Shown: one piece after another, positions 57,486 to 64,000 of the stretch
Layout: each line of letters starts with the position of its first letter
How positions within the stretch are numbered: position 1 is the first letter of the stretch
NCBI GenBank assembly: GCA_910585405.1
Contig: CAJUDO010000012.1
Coordinates: forward strand, 16,105-80,104
Source: an uncultured Peptococcaceae bacterium
Lineage (GTDB): Bacteria; Bacillota; Peptococcia; Peptococcales; Peptococcaceae
DNA length: 64,000 bases
Direction: 5' to 3'
Position numbers and translations under genes: made by a program
Notes under the pieces: generated by a model
Told to the model about the DNA's origin: nothing
Database searches by the model: none
What the model saw: only the letters and a program-made list of their open reading frames with translations

Positions 57486-60437
57486 ATGAAAAAAACAAAA
57501 ATCATTTCCCTGCTTCTCTCTGTATCTATGTTGGTGTCTGTTGCGATACCAGGTACGCTGGCACAACCAGAAGAAAACCCAGGGACAGAGGGACTGGAAA
57601 TCAGTAAAACCGCCACGGAAAATAAGGACGGAACCTACACCATTCAGTTGGAAGCCTATGCCACCGGAGATAAAATCATCACCGAGGCGAAAGCAGATGT
57701 TCCTACGGACATTGTTCTGGTATTGGATCAGTCCGGCTCTATGGAAGAGGATATGTCTACCTATTCCTTCTCAGCGTATGAAAATCGAGACAATAGCTAT
57801 CTGTATGGACAGCGACACAATCGTCAGAGAAATAAGAACCTCTACTATAAGCTGGAGGATGGCAGCTATGTCGAGGTTTATGTGACCAGAACAGAAGGAG
57901 AAGGAAATATTACTTATACACAATGTCCGGCTGATTGGCCGAATGATTCCTATTTTTCTTCTCAAGATAATTACTTTACGCATAGCAGCAATCTCTATGT
58001 GAAAAGTGGTGATAGTTGGCAGAAAGTAACTTTAGAGAGAAAAGAGAGTGGTTCCTTCTGGGAACGTAAATACCAATACATTTATACATTTCCAGATGGA
58101 TCTACTGTAGTCAGTGAGAACCGAGACGGTCTCCCTGGTTTTGGTGAAAAAGGGCCGCTGTATTATGTTACCCAGGGAAGAGGCGACTATGAGTATACTT
58201 ATACTTACCGAGTAAATGGACGAGATGTAACGATTGGGACATCTACCGGTCAGGATACGGTTCCGGAGTTTACCTTGTATGAGAGAAGTGAAGGTGGGAG
58301 CGTCTCTCGTTTGTCTGCTTTGCGAACCGCTGTAACCAACTTTGCCGATAGCGTTGCGGAAAAAGCAAAAGGTAAGGATGGACAGCTCGGAACTGATGAC
58401 GATGTAAACCACCGGATTGCTGTGGTGGGATTTGCAAGCAAATCTGGTTACGGTAACAATACGGAGCTTCTTTCCATTAGCGGCAGTAATAGCGGCAACG
58501 TAGGCGTTAAATATGGCAGTATCAGCCAGCAGAACTATAAGGATGTTTTGCAGAGCATGACTACCCAGGCCGGTCGGAATATGGTCAATAGCGCCATCAA
58601 TGCGCTGGCCACTGAAGGCGCTACCGAGGCGAATCTGGGTATGGAAATGGCGAACGGCATTTTGGATGCAAACCCAGTGCCTACTGGCGAAAAGCGCAAC
58701 CGTGTTGTGATCCTGTTTACTGATGGCTCACCGACTACCTTCAATGGATTTAGTGAGAATGTTGCGAATAGTGCGATTGCTGAGGCGGATACCGCCAGAG
58801 CAAAAGGCGCAAATGTTTACTCTGTTGGTATCTTTGAAGGAGCAGATGCGAGCTCTGCTGGTAGTCTGAGCGGCGATGACACGCAGAAGGCAAACTGGTT
58901 CATGCAGAATGTGTCCGACAACAAGGGCACACCCCAGAACCCCAGCTACTACCTCTCCGCTGCGGACGCGGATTCCCTGAACGATATTTTCCAGCAGATC
59001 AGCGATAACATCGAAACTGGTGGTTCTTCCACCACGCTGGATGAAAATGCAATCATCAAGGATATCATTGCTCCCTCTTTCCAGCTCCCGAAGGGCGCAA
59101 CCGTGAATGATATCAAGCTGGAAACCTACAGCTACACCGGTGAGAATCAGTGGCAAGCGAACAACGATACTATGGGCGCTACAGCCACCGTGGAGGATGA
59201 CAAGGTCGATGTGACTGGCTTTGACTTTGCGGAGAACTGGTGCGGTAAGGAAACCACAAACGGTATGGAAAACTACCGTGGCAATAAGCTGGTGATCAGC
59301 TTCAAGGTCGAGCCTAAGCCTGGCTTCCTCGGCGGCAACGGTGTCTATACCAATACCAACGCCGGGGTCTATGAGAATGGTCAGGCAAGTGACCCGCTCT
59401 TTACCTTCAATCGTCCCCAGGTGGATGTGGAGATCAAGGAAATCAACGTCACTGCGCAGGATAAGAACGTCTACCTTATGGGCGACCTGACCGCTGAGCA
59501 GATCAAGTCCGGCGCAATTGCCAACGTTGGCGACGTGGAGCTGAAACTTGGCGAGACAAACTACGGTCTGCAAGACTGGCAGCACGAGTATGTGGAAATC
59601 TCTGTCGATTATCAAGATAAAAATGGCAATACACTTAACAATTTGGAGAATCTGATAGCTGACACTACTTACAGCGTCGTTGTTACTGTTAAACCTAAGG
59701 AAACAAAGGGTACGGCCGTCGAACAGACTGATAGCGATGATGGCAATATCAACGTCTTCAAGCCCGAGCTGACCTTTAAGGACGGCGAAGCATGGTATGG
59801 CGGCGATGTTCCTGCCGATACTGAGTTGAATACGAATTTAACCAAAACCGAATGGAAGCACGGAGAAACTGTTGCTGACACTACTAAGATGGGGGATGCT
59901 CCTGAGCTGACCCTGACCTACACCCTGGATGCGTCCAAGTTGAAGAATGGAAAAATCAACAGCAAAACGGCTGATATCCCTGTAGATGTCACAATAAAAT
60001 TTGGTGAGGGGGAAGTGACAGATCATACTGCTTTCCAGCATACAAACTGTGACGGAAAGACTTGTAAACTCCCGGAAAATAATGAGTTCCTCCTGCACAT
60101 CAATACCTGCCGGCTGACCATTACCAAAACCGGCGGCGCAGCGGACGAGCCGTATGTGTTCGACATCATGAAAGATAAGGAAAAGTATTCCGAAGTCACC
60201 ATTGTTGGAAACAACAGCGAAACCATTTACGAACTGCCGGTGGGCAGCTACGCTATCGCAGAGGATAAAGGCTGGAGCTGGCGTTATAATCCTACTTATA
60301 GCAATAATGGCGTGACTTTGAGCAAGGATCAAACTAGCGGAACCATAACCTGCACCAACAATAAGGAAAAAGATAAATGGCTCAACGGCTACAGTGATAT
60401 TGTGACAAATATCTTTGGCGAGCGCCATGACAATTGA
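57486..60437 (+). CDS. Secreted 983-aa von Willebrand factor A protein with an inserted arm and a C-terminal Ig/prealbumin-like domain
   Basis: Sec signal peptide. MIDAS VLVLDQSGSM, TEANLG, ILFTDGSPT. About 185-aa insertion after the MIDAS loop. C-terminal LTITKTGG...GWSWRY. No sorting signal. Confidence 0.85.
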   Translation: MKKTKIISLLLSVSMLVSVAIPGTLAQPEENPGTEGLEISKTATENKDGTYTIQLEAYATGDKIITEAKADVPTDIVLVLDQSGSMEEDMSTYSFSAYENRDNSYLYGQRHNRQRNKNLYYKLEDGSYVEVYVTRTEGEGNITYTQCPADWPNDSYFSSQDNYFTHSSNLYVKSGDSWQKVTLERKESGSFWERKYQYIYTFPDGSTVVSENRDGLPGFGEKGPLYYVTQGRGDYEYTYTYRVNGRDVTIGTSTGQDTVPEFTLYERSEGGSVSRLSALRTAVTNFADSVAEKAKGKDGQLGTDDDVNHRIAVVGFASKSGYGNNTELLSISGSNSGNVGVKYGSISQQNYKDVLQSMTTQAGRNMVNSAINALATEGATEANLGMEMANGILDANPVPTGEKRNRVVILFTDGSPTTFNGFSENVANSAIAEADTARAKGANVYSVGIFEGADASSAGSLSGDDTQKANWFMQNVSDNKGTPQNPSYYLSAADADSLNDIFQQISDNIETGGSSTTLDENAIIKDIIAPSFQLPKGATVNDIKLETYSYTGENQWQANNDTMGATATVEDDKVDVTGFDFAENWCGKETTNGMENYRGNKLVISFKVEPKPGFLGGNGVYTNTNAGVYENGQASDPLFTFNRPQVDVEIKEINVTAQDKNVYLMGDLTAEQIKSGAIANVGDVELKLGETNYGLQDWQHEYVEISVDYQDKNGNTLNNLENLIADTTYSVVVTVKPKETKGTAVEQTDSDDGNINVFKPELTFKDGEAWYGGDVPADTELNTNLTKTEWKHGETVADTTKMGDAPELTLTYTLDASKLKNGKINSKTADIPVDVTIKFGEGEVTDHTAFQHTNCDGKTCKLPENNEFLLHINTCRLTITKTGGAADEPYVFDIMKDKEKYSEVTIVGNNSETIYELPVGSYAIAEDKGWSWRYNPTYSNNGVTLSKDQTSGTITCTNNKEKDKWLNGYSDIVTNIFGERHDN

Positions 60438-60455
60438 GAGAGGAGGGGAAGATAG

Positions 60456-61031
60456 ATGGCTTATGGTAAGCATACAAAAAAGCAAAATGGCAAGAAGCTG
60501 AGCGGAAAAGCCGGAGCATTGCTGATTTCCCTCCTGCTGATTTTTACCGTGACGGTAAGTGGCACCATGGCATTTTTGGTGACAAATACAGGTGGTTTGA
60601 CGAATACCTTCACTCCTTCCCATGTGAGTTGTGGCGTGACGGAAAGTTTTGACGGCACGACCAAAAGCAATGTCAACGTGACCAACACCGGTGACATCGA
60701 CGCTTACATTCGGGTGAAGCTGGTTTCCTACCGTGTCAATGATGATGGTCAGCACATCGGCGGCATTGCCAGGGTGCCGGACTTCATGCCGGGAAACGGA
60801 TGGGTAAAAAAAGGTGATTACTACTATTATACCGCACCGGTAGCTTCCGGTGCGCAACCTAAGACAGGTTTGATTGATAGTATTGACTTGACAGATTCTT
60901 ATAGTGATCCCGATGGCGGTAAGCAGGTAATCGAAGTTATGGCGGAAGCCATTCAGGCTGAGGGCGTTGATGCCGATGGTATGAAAGCAGTTGTAAAAGC
61001 CTGGGGTGTAGACCCTGAAACACTTAGTTAA
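60456..61031 (+). CDS. TasA/BsaA/camelysin-like subunit with SipW-cognate signal peptide (5)
   Basis: SGTMAFLVTNTGGLTNTFT, NTGDIDAYIRVKL. Confidence 0.8.
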   Translation: MAYGKHTKKQNGKKLSGKAGALLISLLLIFTVTVSGTMAFLVTNTGGLTNTFTPSHVSCGVTESFDGTTKSNVNVTNTGDIDAYIRVKLVSYRVNDDGQHIGGIARVPDFMPGNGWVKKGDYYYYTAPVASGAQPKTGLIDSIDLTDSYSDPDGGKQVIEVMAEAIQAEGVDADGMKAVVKAWGVDPETLS

Positions 61032-61041
61032 GGAGTGAGCG

Positions 61042-61962
61042 ATGATGAAACAACAGAAGACAACAAACAAAGTGATCGCCCTCCTTTTGGCAGTGCTGCT
61101 GGTGCTGGGTACAGCGCCGGCGGCGCTGGCCGCTGACGGGGAGGCTGACGGCGATAAAACGGTGGGCATCATCTATCAAGGGCAGTCTGCCCTTGCGCGC
61201 TGGATATATCAGAATCCTGATACCACTTATACCGCGACCGATTTGTTTCCCCAGTTAAAGGGTGTGATGCCGGGCGATCGGCTGCAGCAGGACTTTATCG
61301 TCAAAAACAACAGCGCCAACGATATCCAGCTGTTTGTACAGCTGCTGCCTCACAATGGAGACAATCCGCTGAGCGACGGTGTGGACGCGCAAACTACCAC
61401 CGCTTCCTCTATCGCCTTTTTGAACCAGCTGGAAATGAAAATTACAGCCGGTGAGGGCCAACAGGAACAGACTTTATTTGAGATTCCCAAAGGAAAGCTG
61501 GGCGCTTATGCCGGGCAGAAGGAATTGGGCACGCTGAAAGCAAGGCAGGGCGCTGTGCTCCATGTGTATCTCACGGTGCCTATTGAGATGGGCAATGAGT
61601 TTATGTATCTGATGGAGCAGGCGCAGCAGGGTACAGCCGCTGGGATTGGTGAGTTGGATTTGGCCTTTACCATTCGGGAGGAAACGGGAGGCGGCGGCAG
61701 TGACCCAACGCCCAATCCGCCCGATGAGGAAATTGATGATCCCAATGTGCCGTTAGGACCGCCGGAGGAAGAAATCGACGATCCCGATGTGCCATTGGAC
61801 CCTGGTATTGAAATTCCGGGGACGCCGGTGGAGGAAATTCATGATCCCGAGGTGCCCTTGGCAGATGCGCCGAAGACCGGCGATACCAACAATATCTTAT
61901 TGATGCTGGTATTGTTGGCAGTGGGCGCAGGGGGTCTGCTGGTTGTGAGAAAGAAAAGCTAA
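61042..61962 (+). CDS. TasA-like-core surface protein with a Sec signal peptide and an LPXTG-type cell-wall sorting signal
   Basis: ALA-ADGE signal cleavage site. MPGDRLQQDFIVKNNSANDIQLFVQL block. Three EEI[DH]DP.VPL repeats. APKTGD plus a hydrophobic helix plus RKKS. Confidence 0.8.
   Translation: MMKQQKTTNKVIALLLAVLLVLGTAPAALAADGEADGDKTVGIIYQGQSALARWIYQNPDTTYTATDLFPQLKGVMPGDRLQQDFIVKNNSANDIQLFVQLLPHNGDNPLSDGVDAQTTTASSIAFLNQLEMKITAGEGQQEQTLFEIPKGKLGAYAGQKELGTLKARQGAVLHVYLTVPIEMGNEFMYLMEQAQQGTAAGIGELDLAFTIREETGGGGSDPTPNPPDEEIDDPNVPLGPPEEEIDDPDVPLDPGIEIPGTPVEEIHDPEVPLADAPKTGDTNNILLMLVLLAVGAGGLLVVRKKS
61717..61863 (+). repeat. Three tandem coding repeats (P-x-EEI-D/H-DP-x-VPL)
   Basis: PPDEEIDDPNVPLG / PPEEEIDDPDVPLD / TPVEEIHDPEVPLA, read directly from the translation. 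Confidence 0.8.
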
Positions 61963-62040
61963 AAAAGAAGATAGATAGAGGACGAAACGTGCCGCAAGTG
62001 ATCTACAAGATGCGTCGGCATGGTATATAAGCAAAAACAG

Positions 62041-62085
62041 AAGGCGAACCCCTACATCGTAAATTACGAGGTAGGGGTTCGCCTT
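62041..62085. terminator. Bidirectional terminator between convergent genes
   Basis: Perfect 15-bp stem AAGGCGAACCCCTAC / GTAGGGGTTCGCCTT with further inner pairing. T-rich on both sides. Confidence 0.75.
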
Positions 62086-62098
62086 TTAATTTCTATTT

Positions 62099-62953
62099 TT
62101 ATTCTTCCTGTCGGCTTATGGCCGATTTCGGCAAATTATTTAAGCTTACGGTTTCCAGTGTTTGCAATTGTTGTATCGCCAACTGCCGTAACAATTCCAT
62201 ACGTTCTTTTTGCGCTTTCCTCTGATGAATTAAAACCGCATTATAACTTTCCAGATTTGCAAGTACCAGCAATTGGTTTAGCGTTGCGACGTCCCGCATC
62301 GTTCCTTTCACCGTTGGATTTTCATCTTTCCATTGCTTCGCCGTTTTTCCAAACAAGACAACATTCAACATATCTGCTTCATTGGCATAGGTATAGGCCA
62401 CCTGTGTAGGCGTTAATTCTGGTGGGAGCAGATTTTCCTTAATCGCATCTGTATGGATTCTATAATTCAACTTAGAAATTTCTCTATTCAAATTCCAATT
62501 CAAAGATAATCGACTGTTTTCGTCTGCCTTTAAACGTCTATAGTCTTTCATGATATACAGTTGAAACTCAGGAGAAATCCATGTAGCAAAGGACATAGCA
62601 ATATCGCTATGGGCATAGGTTCCTCCGTAGCGTCCTGCTTTTGAAACGATACCTATCGCATCTGTCGCTTCTATCCATTTTTTCGGTGACATTGTAAATG
62701 CATTGGCACCAGCCTGCTTTTTAAACCCCTCGAATTCGAGGGGTTTAAAATCTGGATTATGTAATCTTTCCCATAGTCCCAGAAATTCTATCACGTCCCG
62801 ATTTCTCATCCAATTTTGAATAACCGCCGTTGGTTCATCGCTCTTATACCGGGCCATATCTGTCAAGGAAATAAATTCATTTTCGAAGTCCTGCGTATAA
62901 ATTCCAATATCAATCCCATTTGCATGGAGTGTGTCTTTAATTATTTTTCCCAT
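62099..62953 (-). CDS. KilA-N domain-containing protein
   Basis: FISLTDMARYKS...IQNWMRNRDVIEFLGLWE...GGTYAHSDIAMSFATWISPEF. GGAGG RBS before the ATG at 62953. Confidence 0.75.
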   Translation of the reverse strand: MGKIIKDTLHANGIDIGIYTQDFENEFISLTDMARYKSDEPTAVIQNWMRNRDVIEFLGLWERLHNPDFKPLEFEGFKKQAGANAFTMSPKKWIEATDAIGIVSKAGRYGGTYAHSDIAMSFATWISPEFQLYIMKDYRRLKADENSRLSLNWNLNREISKLNYRIHTDAIKENLLPPELTPTQVAYTYANEADMLNVVLFGKTAKQWKDENPTVKGTMRDVATLNQLLVLANLESYNAVLIHQRKAQKERMELLRQLAIQQLQTLETVSLNNLPKSAISRQEE

Positions 62954-63129
62954 TATTCCTCCAATAATCATAAAATAATTTTTTCAAGACGCTATTTCTC
63001 TTTCTTTATTTATAGGAATCATAGTATCTGGTGATTTGTAGGACAAAAGCACGATGGTTTCATGAATTGTAGCTATGCAAACTGTAGTATCTCTGACTCT
63101 GCCTTGGATAAGACTGATTCAAAGAAGTA

Positions 63130-64000
63130 TCAGTTATTTTTCAAAATTTCTTCGATGGCTGCTTCGTCCGGAGTGATGTAAATGGTCTTCTGGTTTTCAT
63201 AGATGACACGGCCGGGCTTAGCGCCGTTGGGTTTGTGCACGTAGCGTTTCAAGGTATAATCCACCGGCACCAGAGAGGAATACCGGCTTTTGCTGAAATA
63301 GGCGGCCAGATGGGCGGCAAAGTCCAGCGCATCCTGTGTGAGTTCCCGCTGTTCCTGGTGATTGCGAAGGACAACATGGGAGCCGGGAATATCTTTTACG
63401 TGAAACCATACATCGTTGTTGCGCGCCAGACGGGTGGTTACGTAGTCGTTCTGCACATTGTTCTTGCCAATCAGGATTTCGATATCGCCGTAATGGACCA
63501 CCAACGGTTTAAAGGTGGGTTCTTTTTTCCCTTTTTTATTTTGCTTGGTCAATTTTGCTTTTACGTAGGATGCGCTTTCCAGCTCCAAACGGATATCCTG
63601 CAGATCTTCCGGCGTCTGCGCGGTCTGCAGGCTGTTTTTGATGCTGTCCAGATAGTTTAATTCGTCCTGGGTATGCTCGGCCTGAATCAGCGATTGCTGC
63701 GCCCCTGCTTTGGCTTTGGCATATTTTTTAAAATATTTTTGGGCATTTTCGTTGGGCGTAAGATTTTCCTGCAGGGGAATGGTGAGGACCTGCTGCTCCG
63801 GGTCATAATAATTGATGACCTGTGCGGATTTCCCCTGTTTAATCTGATAGAGATTGGCAGTCAAAAGCTCGCCCCAAATTTTGAAATGCTCGGCATTTTC
63901 CCCTTCCTGCACCTTATCCAGCTGCAAAGCCAATTTCTTTTCGCAGCGCTCGATTTCTCTGTTGATGATGCGCTCCAAGTCGCCGCTGCGTTGGGCCAGG
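63130..64000 (-). CDS. rqcH: RqcH / NFACT-family (FbpA-like) ribosome quality-control protein, C-terminal part (5' end beyond window)
   Basis: NFACT-R/DUF814 block IEILIGKNNVQNDYVT...DVWFHVKDIPGSHVVL. ORF is open at the window edge. Confidence 0.8.
   Translation of the reverse strand, partial: LAQRSGDLERIINREIERCEKKLALQLDKVQEGENAEHFKIWGELLTANLYQIKQGKSAQVINYYDPEQQVLTIPLQENLTPNENAQKYFKKYAKAKAGAQQSLIQAEHTQDELNYLDSIKNSLQTAQTPEDLQDIRLELESASYVKAKLTKQNKKGKKEPTFKPLVVHYGDIEILIGKNNVQNDYVTTRLARNNDVWFHVKDIPGSHVVLRNHQEQRELTQDALDFAAHLAAYFSKSRYSSLVPVDYTLKRYVHKPNGAKPGRVIYENQKTIYITPDEAAIEEILKNN

Noticed and set aside
56769-57566. 265-aa minus-strand ORF opposite the acidic protein gene.
   Set aside because: It is produced by the GA-rich repetitive coding sequence on the + strand. 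It has no RBS and gives a Cys/Phe/Arg-rich nonsense-like translation.
58176-58187. RGD tripeptide in the vWA inserted arm as an integrin-binding signal.
   Set aside because: A tripeptide occurs by chance too often in a 983-aa protein. It is mentioned in the finding but not used as evidence.
58728-59615. 295-aa minus-strand ORF inside the vWA gene.
   Set aside because: It is antisense to a well-supported CDS and shows no recognisable domain. Shadow ORF.
59838-61172. 444-aa minus-strand ORF, the longest unannotated ORF in the window.
   Set aside because: It is entirely antisense to three + strand genes with clear motifs and RBSs (vWA C-terminus, TasA-like subunit 5, LPXTG protein). Its translation is low-complexity with no motif or RBS. 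Treated as a shadow ORF.
1-64000. Scan for CRISPR arrays, rRNA, tRNA and complete IS elements or prophage.
   Set aside because: No regularly spaced direct repeats, cloverleaf-like sequences, rRNA-like stretches, or transposase/integrase-length ORFs were seen.

Overview
Chromosomal segment of a Gram-positive, Clostridia-like Firmicutes genome. All family calls come from motif recognition by eye on the ORF track; no searches were run. The backbone is about 50% GC by eye, mostly on the + strand, and encodes housekeeping genes: murJ, lon-engB, an amino-acid ABC transporter, hpt, guaA, leuS, RNase J-tepA-ylzJ, hflX-ynbB, ddl, recA-recX, a giant DUF445-like protein, sbcDC, and a partial rqcH at the right edge. 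Four visibly AT-rich accessory islands interrupt it. (i) 1-5.9 kb holds an agr-type quorum-sensing module (LytTR regulator, AgrC-like kinase, AgrB, and a 46-aa AgrD-like peptide absent from the ORF track), followed by a structured leader RNA and paralogous secreted proteins. (ii) 20.7-22.1 kb is an islet bracketed by a duplicated guaA 3' end. (iii) 25.8-32.5 kb carries LysR, an anion permease, a glycyl-radical enzyme and an SDR, with no activating enzyme. (iv) 50.2-52.9 kb carries an ABC-type ATPase plus Toprim-like two-gene candidate defence module, a candidate sRNA and a large composite palindrome. The most striking locus is a 10-gene co-directional cluster at 52.9-62.0 kb. It encodes a SipW-type signal peptidase, five TasA/BsaA-like subunits with SipW-cognate signal peptides, an acidic Cys-motif protein, a 983-aa vWA protein with a split vWA domain, and a TasA-like protein with an LPXTG-type wall anchor. 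I interpret it as an uncharacterised heteromeric, wall-anchored, adhesin-tipped SipW-dependent surface fibre. No rRNA, tRNA or CRISPR array was seen.
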